DNA from: Azolla caroliniana
Lineage: Eukaryota > Plantae > Polypodiophyta
DNA: 64,000 bases
NCBI GenBank assembly: GCA_043228905.1
Contig: JBHGNT010000015.1
Coordinates: 6,572,001-6,636,000, forward strand
Reading direction: 5' to 3'
Below, piece by piece: positions 37,123 through 49,639 of this stretch. The translations under genes were made by a program, and so were the position numbers. The number at the start of each line of letters is the position of its first letter. The stretch's first letter is position 1. Below the pieces are notes generated by a model. That model had not been told where the DNA came from, ran no database searches, and saw nothing but the letters and a program-made list of their open reading frames with translations.

Positions 37123-40100
37123 ATAGGACTATTGTAAAACAGGGCTATAATAGTCTGGGACAACAAACATCCCTATATGAGAATAATTGTTCCGGAAATA
37201 ATAAAGTTTATGTTTCTTATACCGGAGCAATCTCATTTTCTTCTATTGATGATTTAAATCGTAAAAGCCAGGTAAATGTGGAAGACATTCAGGTGATGCT
37301 TCTTAAACATCGGATTCTAGAACTAGATGATCAGGTGTCAAGAATTATTGGAGGAACTTTCCTTTGTGGATACCATTCAAATGAAGGTTAGTCATTTTTT
37401 ATTCCGGCCAATTCAGTGGATATGTATGCTGAAATTGCAACATTTCAAAATCGGATGGATATGGTTGCTCACGTCCATACTAAATATAAGACAGTGGATC
37501 AGAAAGTTCGACCTGTAGCGGAACCATTGCCGACTGATAACATAGATAAACTAAAAAGGGTGAAGGAAGAACCAATGTTACGGGATCCGAGGATGATTGG
37601 TCATGTGTTTACGGAGTCTTCTCAAGGGAAGCTTCAGATAGGAGGGGGTGATTTCCTTAATTAAGCTGAAGAAAGCCAATTTCGAAAGATGTTATCTCAA
37701 CATGGTAAGGCTTTTGCTTTTTCACCTTCAGAGATAGGTTGTGTGGACCCACAACTGGTAGAGCCAATGATTATCTTTATTGTCCCTCATATGCCTTGGA
37801 ACTTGAAACCAATTCCTGTTCCAAGAGCTCATATTCCGAAACTCATTGAGTTGCTAAAAGAGAAGGTGAAGATGGGTATCTTGGAGCCTTCGAATGCTCC
37901 ATATTCTAACCGATGGTTTACATTGCCAAAAAAGAACGGATCTCTTAGGTTCATTCAAGATCTCCAACCAGTTAACAAAGTAATGATTCGGAATTTAGGA
38001 GTTGGTCCCGTTGTGGATTCCTTCGCATAATCTTTTGCAGGTAGAGCTATCTACTCCATGGCTGATTTGTATTCCGGATATGATCAATTTCAGCTTGCTT
38101 TGGATAGTAGGGATATTACTACAATGCATACACCTATTGGGCTGGTTTGAATGTGTATTTTACCACAAGGCAAAACTAATTCTGTTGCTCATATGATGAA
38201 CGCAATGAATAAGGTGCTCAGGGATCACATTCCTCATCGAACAATGTCTTTCTTGGATGACATTCCGATTAAAGGATGTCTAGAAGAGGAGAAGGATGAA
38301 GAAGTTGGGTCGGATGGATGTTGGAAATTTGTCTCAGATCATATAGTAGACTGTGAAGACATATTGAAGAATTTAGAGGAGGCACATTTGATAATTTCTG
38401 GAGAAAAATCAAGTTTTGGTAGATTTGAAGTATGGATTGTGGGACATTTGTGTGGCCCCTATGGTTGGAAACCTGATCTAGCCAAGGTGGACGACATCAA
38501 TGCAATGGAGGATATCTGCAAGTCAACATCAGAAGTAAGACAATTTTTAGGTGCATGTGTTTTTTATCATATTTGGATTCCACATTTGCACATATTGTTG
38601 ATCCCTTATATAAGTTATTACGGAAAAGAAAAAGGTTTATATGGGAGGAGGAGCATACATTGGCCATGAAGAAGATTAAGATACTTTTGTCATCTGCACC
38701 AGCCTTGCGACGACCTATATATGAGCAAGGTCGACCTATCTTTGTGACTGTAGATGCAAGTCCGACTGGAATTGGATGGGTTATTAATCAAGAGGATGAA
38801 ATTGGAGATCGATATGCTATTCGGTTTGGAGCAAAGATTTTACATGATCAACAAAGAAGGTATGCTCAAATAAAGAAAGAGCTGTGGGCCATAGTTTCTG
38901 CGATTAAAATAGACAAGGATTATTTGATTGGATCAGAGACGGATTGTCTGCCGATCCTTGGAATGATTTCAGGATGCTCTTCTACAGATATATCCATGTT
39001 GAGCTGGATTGCCTATATTAAAACATTTAACCCAAACATCCGACACATTACAGGGAAAACCAATGTTATGGTTGATATGTTGTCCCAAGCACAAATTATT
39101 CTAGAGCCATCTTCTCTGGAGGAAGAGGATGATTTTGATAATGGATTCTTGTGTAATGAGATTTGTTTGCAGATGCCTAAATTTAGAGAGGAGGAATATG
39201 AAGGAGAGCTATTGCAAATCGGGAAATTCCTACAAGCACAAGAAGGAAGCCCTGATTGGACACCAAAGGATTTTTGGCTATTCAGGAAGAAGGCTTATAG
39301 GTTTCTCTTGAAAGATGGATATCTTTGGAGACTTGCAAAGAAAGTTAAGGATCCTCCAACTCGAGCTATCGGTTTACAGGTTCAGAAAGATAAGATTATT
39401 TCCGATTTTCATGATAGTCATTGGGCTGGACATAAAGGAGTGGTCAACACATTTTCGAAGATTAAGATCGGTATTGGTGGAAGGGAATGTATGCGGATAT
39501 CCAAAGGTATGTGGAATCATGCATTGAATGTCAAATGTATTCTGAATATAGGGTGAGAGATGAGCTACATTTGACGTACTCACCCGTGTTGCATTATAAG
39601 TGGATGGTGGATATAGTTCATATGCTCGCTAGTCGAAATCAAATGAAATACTTGGTTCTTGCTCGAGAGAATTTGTCCAACCAAGTGGAAGGAAAACCTC
39701 TCCGAAACAAGTCTGCATCAGCCATTCTAAAGTTTTTATTAGAGGATGTGCATCGGTCGTTCTAAAGTTTTTATTAGAGGATGTAATTTGTAGATATGGT
39801 AATGTTGGGCAGATTGTAACAGATCGAGGGGAGCTTGATTAAGATGAGGCTCGAATGTTCTTCCAAAGATTCGGGATCCGATTAACTTTGACTATTGCAT
39901 ATAATCCGGAGGGAAATGATAGAGTGGAAAGGGGTCATGGTACAATTGTGAAAGCTTTGGTCAAAGCATGTGATGACCGAATTTCTATGTGGCCTGACAT
40001 GCTTCCTTATGCTCTCTGGGTTGATAGATGCACTCACAACTCTGTTACGGGATTTATGCCATTGGAACTACTTTTTGGTCAGAAGCCTATTATGCCTACG

Positions 40101-40730
40101 GAGTGGATGATTCCCACTTGGGGAGTTTTACCTTGGGAAGATAAGATGGAACGTGAAGATTTGTTGGCTATTGGAATTCGGCAATTAGAGAATAGGCCGG
40201 AGGATATAGCTGAAGCTGCCAGGAAACAACAAGAAGTTCGATTGAAGAATAAGGATCGATTTGACAAGAGACATCGAGTTCGGAGTATTCCCATTGAAAA
40301 AGGAGATTGGGTTTTGGTGTTTGATAGTAGCCTTGAGCATCAACACAAATCTATTCGAAAATTCTCTCATCGATGGTTTGGGCCGTATCGAGTGGTAGAA
40401 GTACAGCAAAATGGAACATATATATTGTCAGAATTTGATGGAACTCTTCTTCAAATTTCGATTTCTGGTAAACGAATTAAACCCTTTAAACAAAGAGCCT
40501 CTCTTGTTCCTGACATTTTGCAGGATGAACGATCTATGGAAGCTAATTCGAATTGGGAAGAAGATGTTGAAGAAGAGGTGGTCCATGACGTGGCAACTAC
40601 AAGTCTCCAATTAGAAGCGGTAATGACAATTTCATCACATGATACTTTTCTAGAAGAGAAAGTAAACGAGAAGTTTGAAGGGGAGAACATGTCTCTCATG
40701 TCGATTCCGGAATTGAATGAAGATGATTAG
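37113..40730 (+). pseudogene. Gypsy pol (RT-RNase H-integrase), disrupted
   Basis: YKTVDQKVRPV, PWNLKPIPVP, KKNGSLRFIQDL, FLDD, TVDASPTGIG, H..H/C..C, YNPEGN, RWFGPYRV. Confidence 0.9.
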
Positions 40731-41600
40731 CATGCATCAAATGTTCAAATACAAAGAAAGAAAACTTTGGTTGAATTTTCTCCACTTGGCACATACCGGA
40801 GGATGTGCAAGTTAGGAGGGGGTGCATGTCGTAAAGGGATACGACCAATTGGTGCCACCACGATTCCACACTTGCCTCAACTACAACCGTGCATCTCGAC
40901 TTGGTTCGGTGACCCAACACTCCTTGGAGATCCACCTGATTCGACTCATTGGAGTTGATTTACATTCTAGACTCAAAGTTCTTTAGTATTATTGTTCTTA
41001 GGGATTATTTGCATTATTTTGGAACAAATGTTGTGTAGTCAAAACCAAGCAATGTATTTCATGTGCACCACGCACATGCAAAGTTTCTCTACATGTGTGT
41101 CACATGGCCCACATGCTTTATATCGCGCACATGCACAAGCTTCTCTAGGTGTGTGCCATGTGGCCTACATGTAATGACATCAATTTAGTATAAGAGGGGA
41201 GGATTATTGCCATGGAGGGGGGGGGGACAATCAAAGAGTCCTATTTTGTAAAGGGTTTTTCTCTCGAAGAAATAGTGAATTTCCTATTTTGGCATTTCTT
41301 CTTCTTCTGCGTTTGAGGAGTAGCGTTGTACGATATTTTCTTCCTAACTCTCAATTCTGTTGTTTGTTTTCGACGTTCTATAGCTCCTTGGAAAGCTCTT
41401 CCAAAGGGTTTTCCAATCTATGTTTGCACACTTAATTTGGTTACGTAGGTGGAACAATATAAGGTTTTTGTCTTCACGGGTAGGGCTGCAAACGACTCGT
41501 GACTATTGAGATACTTCCGGCTCGACTTCCCACTCTTCTCTTTCATCTTCTTATTTCCACTCTCCTGGTTTAGAACACTAGCGGTTCCACCCAGACACGA

Positions 41601-42246
41601 TGTCGTGACGATTTTCGGCTACGGTGTGAAACCGAGTGAGACGAATAAACCAAGGATATGCAACATTGCACATACACTTAGCAAATAAGTCTCCTAAGGC
41701 CTAGTGGCACTTGAGTTCATACATAGGGGTGCAAGCAAGGTTTGAACCTTACACCTCTAAGATACAAGATAATTGCCTTACCACTAGGACAACTATCATA
41801 TAGTGTAGATTTTAGGTATTTACTTTTCATATATGAATTATGGATGAAACAACCATTAGAAAACCATGTGCACAAAACCATGGTTCTAAACCCATGGTTT
41901 GTGCATGACATAAGCAAAACCGTGTGCACAAAACCATGGTTTTAGCCCATGGTTTTGTGCATGTCACAAGCATGGAAAGACCTATAAAAGCCTCTAGTTG
42001 GGCTTGTGTAAGGGGGGCTCAATATGTGATATCACCAACACCATTATAATCAATATAATTATATTTGTCTTTATCTTCTTCATATTTTCTACTTCTCAAG
42101 TGTACAATATTTCTTCTTCTCAAGTAAACCAATTTCATCTAATCTTACATTGATCGTCATCTCTTCGATAATTTTGCAAACATCCTCCCAATCCAAGACC
42201 CCGGTGGTCACTCGAGTAGCACACGCAAGCGCGAATCTTCGCGACA
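41601..42246. mobile_element. Solo-LTR-like insertion (646 bp) in the 3' LTR of the Gypsy element
   Basis: TGTCGTGA...TCGCGACA termini with flanks ACGA/ACGC. The sequence is absent from the 5' LTR. Confidence 0.75.
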
Positions 42247-43059
42247 ACGCCAAGCTCTTATACGCGACGTGCTTCGACACGACAATGTTATGTGTACATA
42301 ACATACTCCCCTACTTTAAAAGATTGCACTCTTGCAATATGAAGTGAGGAAATTGTGCCTTAAGAGTACAAGTTGATACAAAGGTGGTGGTGTTGTGCGC
42401 AAAGATGTAGTACTCAAATTTATGAGTAAAACATCAATAGGGGAATTCATGTGCCCTCATGTGGTTTTACTCGAGTTCTAAGGCTCGATAATTTGAGTTC
42501 AACCTAGATGAGTCGTTGGAAAAAATCATTCAAAAAATGGCATGATGCCCACTCAATCGAAAAATTAGTCTACACGGAAGCGTTACATCATAGGTAAACG
42601 CACATAAAGACTTTAAACATGAAAAGGAAGGGAAAAATGAGAGTTAATTGTGGGTGGGTACTAAATGACAATTATTAGAAAATCATACAAAAGTGAAACG
42701 AAAATTTGTGTAATTAGAAATTAATTAGAATAATAACCAATTAGGTGTATGGAACATTAAGCATACCTTAAGGTAAGAAACCCTAGGGTAATTGACATGT
42801 ACCTCCAGAAGACCACCACATCCCATAGAATCGGCCAAGTGATAGCTCAATAGAGAGTAGAGTGGCATAGGTAGACGACATACACCTCGTTAAGACCACA
42901 ACATCCCATAGAATCGGCCAAGTGATGGCTCAATAAAGGGAAGGTGCCATACTCAACATCATATGCAAAAGGGTCATGAGGTGAGCATGTGCGATTAGGG
43001 CAAACACGCTCGACCCGATGCATGTATAAGGACCGGCTCAAACGCTGACGATCGACAGA

Positions 43060-44781
43060 TGTTGATTCTACGTCACCTTCATCGACGACTACCTACACTA
43101 CACTTCGATCTTGCTGATGAAGAAGAGCAACAAAGTGCTCTCCCACTTCCAAAAACTCAAGGGCCAAGTCGAAAAAGAAACCGGTCGGCACATTTGATGC
43201 CTACGATCTGACGGAGGAAAGGAGTACTTCTCCGATGAATTCAACTCCTATCTCTAAAGTGAAGGCATTCGGAGAGAATTCTCATGCCAACACACACCCC
43301 AACAAAATGCAGTCGCCGAAAGGAAAAATCGGCAAATACTCGAGGTAGTACGGGCCATGTTGCATGAGAAGCACATGTCAAACTTTTATTGGGCCATCGC
43401 GGCATCCACGACCGTCTATCTCATGAACCGGTGCACCACCAATGGAGTCCATGAGCTAACTCCCTACGAACTCCTCGTCGGAAGGAAGTCGATCCTGTCA
43501 CACCTCAAGGTGTTCGGAAGCATTGCGAATGTACACATCCCGAATGAACAACAATAGAAGCCTGATGCGAAGTTAGAGGAATGTATCCTCATAGGATACT
43601 CGTCTGTGAAGAAGGCATACAAGTGCTACAACCCCTCTACCTAAGCGGTTCGGGTAAGTCGAGACGTAGTCTTCGACGAGTCTGCATCTTGGTACGCACC
43701 AGAGACAACTTCGACTCCGACTCCGCTTGACCCGGAATCCGCTGAACAAGAGGTAGAAGAAGGAGATCGCTTTGAACACATGTTCAAAGAAAGTTCGATT
43801 ACGACAAGGCCTAGTGGGCCACTAGAGCCCCCACACAACCCAAGCACGTCGCGGCCAAGTACGGACTTGGACAAAGGCAAAGATAAGATGCCCGAATACG
43901 AAGTCAATCACCCCGATGATAGTGATTCGGATGTGTCGGCTCCCTCACTAGACAGTGAGTTTGGTGTACCCATCATGCAAACAACCGGAGCAAAGAAGGC
44001 GCTCACATCGGCGAGCGAAAAACTTTGATGCTCATCTAGAGCTAAGAACCCCGTCACTCGGCTCGACAACAACGAGTATATGGCCCATCGATATGCCTTC
44101 GCGATGAAGGGAGTGACCGAACAAGAACGCAAGAGCTCCACCGAAGCGGCTTGTAACCCATGATGGGTGGAAGTAGTCAACCTTCGCCCATACACTACAA
44201 GCCTTCATCACTGGTTTGAGGGGGAGGAACCGAGATTGCCATGACGAAGAAAGCCGAAGGCTGGATGGAAGCACACAAAGTCGATAAAAGCCAAAGCGAA
44301 TTTCAGACGCCTCACACTTGAGCTTGAGGGGGCGTGTTGAGAGACCAAGCTCAACTTAGTTTAGTTAGTTAGTCAACCATGTAACTTTGTAGTTACCTAG
44401 AGAGAATCTAGTTAAAAGTGTTGTTGACTATAACGCCTTAAATAGGACCTTGTACTTAAGTGGGATATTCTAGATCCACCACTCCTAAGTACATTTAATA
44501 TAGGACTTACACCTGAGTACCTATATTCTACTCACACATGTGCACCTTTGCACATGAGATGTATATATACCTCATTGTGGGTATTTTTGTATTTGATGAT
44601 GATAATTCTAATTTAATATAGAGTTAATCATCCCCCATCTTGTGTTGCTCATAAAGTGTACTTCTCTCTCTCTTCCCCTCACACACATACACACACATAT
44701 CACTTAATCTTCCGCTTATCAACTAATCACATAATTAGGTACTAATTAACCCTTGCTTAATTAATTACCTAATTATTAACA
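43060..44781 (+). mobile_element. Truncated, internally deleted Copia remnant with 3' LTR (44335-44781)
   Basis: Integrase FIDDY, LRSDGGKEY, ERKNR, HLKVFGS, SRDVVFDE. RT and RNase H are missing. PPT gaggggg precedes an LTR of the same family as 4253-4690. Confidence 0.88.
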
Positions 44782-44892
44782 AGTGCCTTACGACCAACAA
44801 GGAGTGTGGGTTAGTACACCGCTCAAATACAGAGCACGTCCACTCTCGATAGCAATGCCCCCACCAAAACCATTACTATCATGGATGTATCA

Positions 44893-44950
44893 AGGACTTC
44901 CCGAGAGGTCACCCATCCTAGTACTGTTTTGGCTCAAGCATGCTTAACTT
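44893..44950 (-). other. 5S rRNA-derived segment (internal Pol III control region), Cassandra-like
   Basis: The minus strand reads aagttaagcatgcttgagccaaaacagtactaggatgggtgacctctcgggaagtcct, about 50/58 matches to the recalled plant 5S 3' half. The 5S 5' portion is absent. Confidence 0.8.
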
Positions 44951-45269
44951 GCAATGCTTGAAGCATCCAAACAACCACAAAACTCATGGCATGTGAGTTG
45001 CCAAGATTTAGTGTCTATTACTAATTAATAGACCAAAGTAAAGTAAAAGAAGGAAAATAGATTGGATAGAAGAACCCGTTCCACCTGACCACCCTCGAGC
45101 TATAATCTAGACATAGCCAACCTACCATGGACGTCCCATACTGCCGGATATTAGGATGACTAATACCTTGGAAGAGATAAACACGATCGTCGAGATGAAA
45201 GCCTAGCCCGCACCATCGGTGTCTAAGAAAGTAGCCTTCCGATGTAATGTCCCTATGAGGGTAGCTAAG

Positions 45270-45481
45270 CCTCATATTTATACCTTTTCTTAGGCCCCTT
45301 GAATAGATGTGCCTTTCTAAAAGACTCCATAATTTCATTGGTTGTCCAAATCATGATAGTGCATGCACTTATCATTCCTTCTATCCAATCACATTAGTCC
45401 CCTTTTTAACATTAGTGAACGTACCCTTCATTAATGTAAATATTAATGACCTACCCTCAACAATGTTATGTGTACAAAACA
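45270..45481 (-). repeat. LTR-like repeat; second copy 34029-34223 + 42289-42302 is split by the Gypsy insertion
   Basis: cctcatatttatacc...ccctca.caATGTtatgtgtaca.aaca. This intact copy shows the empty site with a single ATGT. A reverse PPT tactcccct follows 42302. Confidence 0.8.
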
Positions 45482-46767
45482 AATATTGTATCATTCATTC
45501 CTTTCTCTTCCTCTTTTGTTCTTTATCTTTTCTTTATATCTCTTCATCACATAATAAGTTCTTAAATTACATGTAAATTATATGTCAAATATTATGAAGT
45601 ATATTATAATGATTTGATGTTAATCTCCTAATATATCCGCTCTTTTACGATGATTTTCCGAACTTCTTTTATTCAAAATAATCAAGAATATATGTCTATG
45701 CATAGTTTCCACAATATATTAAGTGTTATGTTCATTGGATGTACCTCAAAAAACAATACATTTTGGGAGTTGTTGGTACGAACAAGTGACAGTACATGCT
45801 TGAGTGTCAACACAAAGAGAGATGCATTTAATGTGGTAGACGGGTTTTTTGTTGGGATTAACAATGTATTGCATTATAGGTAGCTTAGAGAGGGTTTGAA
45901 GGTAAATTATTAATTTTACCAATGAATTGTATTTGTATCGACTTAGGATAGCATTGTTGGAATTTGGGCAACACAATGTTTGACCTACTCACAAAAGACA
46001 AGGAAAGAATGAAAAACCATCAACAAATCTTTAGTAGATTAACACAATAGTCAAATATAAAAGACAGAATAGAACCAATGCACAACTCTAGAGATGGCAA
46101 CTTCACTATATGTAATTGTAGGTGCCATATGGCATGCAAGAGTTGTCTCTCTAACTCTTAAAGAAAGATCTCCAAAAATCCACACTGATGTGGAGTTGTC
46201 ATCAAACGGAGTAGTCCTTAGAAGGACTTCAAGGGTATTCAATGACTCCATGTATTCCTCAACCAAATAGTCGTCGAAAATAAATTCAAATTGTCAAGTC
46301 CCCATAGTTCCTTGACATTGATTATGATTGGGGTGAAAGAAGACCCATTGAAGGGAAGTATTGATCCGAATCTTTTTCAACAATGTATAGGAGACTATAT
46401 TGCTAATGCATGTGTTCTAACTTCATTAATGGTTGCAGGGTTTTTGTAAGAAGGGGTATCAAAAGCAACACCTTAAGAAAATTGGAGGCTAAAAACAACA
46501 TGGAGGCACCAAAGGTAGAGACTAATGAGGATGCTGACTTCGATATTGGTTCATGAGTGCAATAAACTTGGTGAGCCAACAGAAACAACCGATGTTGATG
46601 ATCATCCAATAGGTAATTTTGTGTCCATCCTTGTATTCCAGTTGTAGGTAGATATATATTGCTTTATTCTAATGCATAATAGTCATTACCAAAACCATCA
46701 AAGTTGGATTACTACAAATGGCAAAAGATCACAAACACGTCGTTGTATTTTATTTTGTTAGTTCCAC

Positions 46768-47245
46768 TAGCAATGGGCGTGGTTCAGTTTCTTGGCCTTG
46801 AAACCAAACCAAACCAAACCAAACCATTTATTTATATTAAAAACGAAACCAAACTATTTAAATTTTATGAAGCCATTTAAACCAAACAATTTATGAAAAT
46901 TTTAGAACCAAACCAAATCGGTTTATCATAAATCAAAACCAAAGCAAACCTCTAAACCTCTAAACCTTTAAACCTTCAAAACTTTTAAACTTTTAAACCA
47001 AACCACATAAGCCGAAACGGCTAAACTGTGAAATTCAAAACCAAACCGAACTGAAACCGATAAACCAATAAGCCAATAAACCGCTAAACCATGAAATTCA
47101 AAACCAAACTGAACCGAAACCAACTTGGATCATAATATTTGAAACCAAACCAAATGGTTTATTTATCTTTGAACCAATAAATTGTTAAACCATGGCTTAA
47201 CGGTTCGGTTCGGTTCGGTTCGAGCCAAAATCGTCCCCATTGCTA
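46768..47245. mobile_element. hAT-family MITE (478 bp)
   Basis: TIR TAGCAATGGG/CCCATTGCTA with an 8-bp TSD AGTTCCAC (46760-46767, 47246-47253) and many internal aaacc/ggtt motifs. Confidence 0.92.
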
Positions 47246-48189
47246 AGTTCCACGCTAAAAAAGCATTGTTTGACAACTTGTTTTGCCAAAGAAGTGATGT
47301 CGAAAGAAACCGCCTCTATCATATAGACGTGCCAATGTCTGTGTTGCATTATGGAATCTTCCTTCAATGCTATATGTTAGGAGGTAATGCAAGAATACTC
47401 GAACAAACCCGGTGTCGTGGAGGATTCGGATAAAAGGGAGAAAAGCTCATCGACCGTATGGGAACGGGGGTTTGCACGGATGCACATAAATTTTTTTGTA
47501 TAAAAACAAATGTAAATAAGTAGAGTATAATAAGGACGAGACATTGTGACTTAAATGAGTACTTTTAAGATCCCATAAAAAGGGGGGAATGAAGTGTGTG
47601 ATGGAAGGAAAAGGGGGGGGGGGGAGAGAGAAAGAAAGATATATTAACGTCTTCTAAGGTCAATTTTGGCCCATGAGACAAATGGTTTACAAAAAATGGG
47701 ATATTTACCCATTCATCGAAAGTAAAAAATTCAAAATAAGATAAAAAATAGTTCTAAAAAAACATGTTCTACAATGAAAAGATGTTATACTAAGCCTAAT
47801 TTCATTTCCATCCAAGTCTCTCGAAGAGAAGCGGGAGGTCAAAGGGTTGCGATGTGGATGTGGCCCGTGGTCCCAATGTAAAAGGTACCCCAACCATAGC
47901 TTCTAGTCGACGTAGCTCACGTTCCCTTATCTTCTTAATCTTTTCTACTCCACGACGTCGACTTGTTTTGAAGCCCAACATCCGAGGGTGTTTGGTTGTT
48001 CTTTGTATTTCTGCTCCCTCAAGGGAGAGGCCGAGCGGCATAAGTGTATCCACAATCATCGTCTCCCCTTGTTCCTGAAAAATTACACTAGTTACATGTT
48101 GATGAATAGTAAAAGGGTTATGATTAACAGTTTGTAATTTATTCTCCCTATGTTGTTTTGTCTCTAAGATATACCTACCTAGTCTTTTT

Positions 48190-48499
48190 ACACTCGGGGT
48201 ATCTAATAGTTTGGAGAGGGTGGGAGAGGGTCCTAATATGTCTTGGTATTCCAGCCGTATCTCGGCATAAGTTGGGCACTTGCATGTGAAGTGATACTCA
48301 TCCTCTATCTCTATGTGGCATAACCTACATAGCTTTTCCTCTCTAGGTACTCTATTAGCTCAACCATTCTCAATCTCAAGTTGGTGAGATGATATCCTAA
48401 GTTGTCCAATGGCCACCCTTAGTGCATTTGATAAGAATGTATCTAGATATCTTGGTCGTGTAATGAAACCTAACTTAGAGAAGTGCAAAAAGTGTTCCT

Positions 48500-48500
<1 letters not shown>
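48190..48500 (-). mobile_element. 3' fragment of non-L1 LINE (RTEX/L2-like ORF2 C-terminus)
   Basis: QLRISSHQLEIENG*ANRVPREEKLCRLCHIEIEDEYHFTCKCPTY. Confidence 0.75.

Positions 48501-48502
<2 letters not shown>

Positions 48503-48580
<78 letters not shown>
48503..48580. repeat. (AG)39 microsatellite
   Basis: Direct reading. Confidence 0.97.
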
Positions 48581-48583
<3 letters not shown>

Positions 48584-49141
48584 CGTTGACAGAAGTGGTT
48601 GTCATGAATGTTGATGTAACTGGCCCTCCTTGGACTATAAAAGGAGGGGAGGAAGTCCGTTACAAGGATCCATTGTTTGGGAAGGGAAGACATTGTCGGT
48701 TTGAGCTCTAGAGCGTCTATTTCATGTTCTGAGTATCCGGTTAAGTGTTGGTGAGGTCTCTGCTCGCGTAGGAAGCCCGTGTGCTCTGGACTAGAGGCTC
48801 ATCGGTGTGCATGTTGTTCGTAGAGCTTCGAGCTTTATATCCGGCCCGAGGCTAGTCCTGTATCTTATTTCTCTATTTATTGATTATTGGGTTTACCGTA
48901 TCTGCTCTCCCTCTATGTGTATTGTTTCACTCTCTATGTGTTGTATCATCATTTGTATCTTGCCTATGGTGTCTAGAGGTGTCAGTCTTCCCTCTATTGT
49001 GGATGATGTTCGATGCGTATGCAGAAGTATGTAGAGAACTGTCGGTTATGTGCTCAGCAAACTACAAGTAAAGTATGGCAGGAGAACAGACAGAAGCATA
49101 GACACAATTTTGGGCTTTAATGGAAGCTTTCATTATTTCTC

Positions 49142-49144
<3 letters not shown>

Positions 49145-49198
<54 letters not shown>
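49145..49198. repeat. (TC)27 microsatellite
   Basis: Direct reading. Confidence 0.97.
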
Positions 49199-49200
<2 letters not shown>

Positions 49201-49639
49201 AGACTTAAGATACAAGAATGATCAACAAGCACATTTTACAACGTTAGGTTATTGCTTATATATTAAGCCCTAACTCTTTAGACGAGTTCACACTAGGATA
49301 CAAAGTGGAAGGAGTCGGCCTTTTATGGCAACAAACTCCCCCGTAAAAGGACTACTCTTTCCTACATGTACAAGTGATTGGGATTATCTCCCCATAAACC
49401 TAGATTACAAAATTAATCTAAATTTTTATTACAAGTTAGTCGGCATGTAGCCGAGTTGGCAAAGCTAAAGTTGATGTCTAGCCTGATTCTGTTGGTCTAA
49501 AGGTTCGGATAGTTTGAGTCGGTCGAATCGATTTGTTCAAATAGTTCTTCTTTCAAATCAGTTCGATTGTCACAATCAGCTTGTAGCAGATTCTCGATTT
49601 CGGCCTTGTATCGATTGTTCATAGCTCTCTTGTTTCAGC

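Larger units (their letters stand above)
34224..42284 (+). mobile_element. Full-length non-chromovirus Ty3/Gypsy retrotransposon (Phygy/Selgy-like inferred), pseudogenised
   Basis: LTRs 34224-35042 and 40827-42284 (the latter interrupted), TGTCGT...ACGACA termini, 4-bp TSD ATGT, PBS at 35045-35062 and PPT aggaggggg before 40827. Domain order is gag, protease LIDSGSEIN, RT FLDD, RNase H VDAS, integrase with WFGPY. Confidence 0.95.

Noticed and set aside
44893-44950. Functional 5S rRNA gene
   Set aside because: Only about half of the 5S is present; it is diverged and not in a tandem array.
45500-46750. Possible decayed coding sequence
   Set aside because: Only short ORFs with no motif I can recognise; left unannotated.
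48360-48693. Ser-Leu repeat ORFs
   Set aside because: These are translations of the (AG)n microsatellite.
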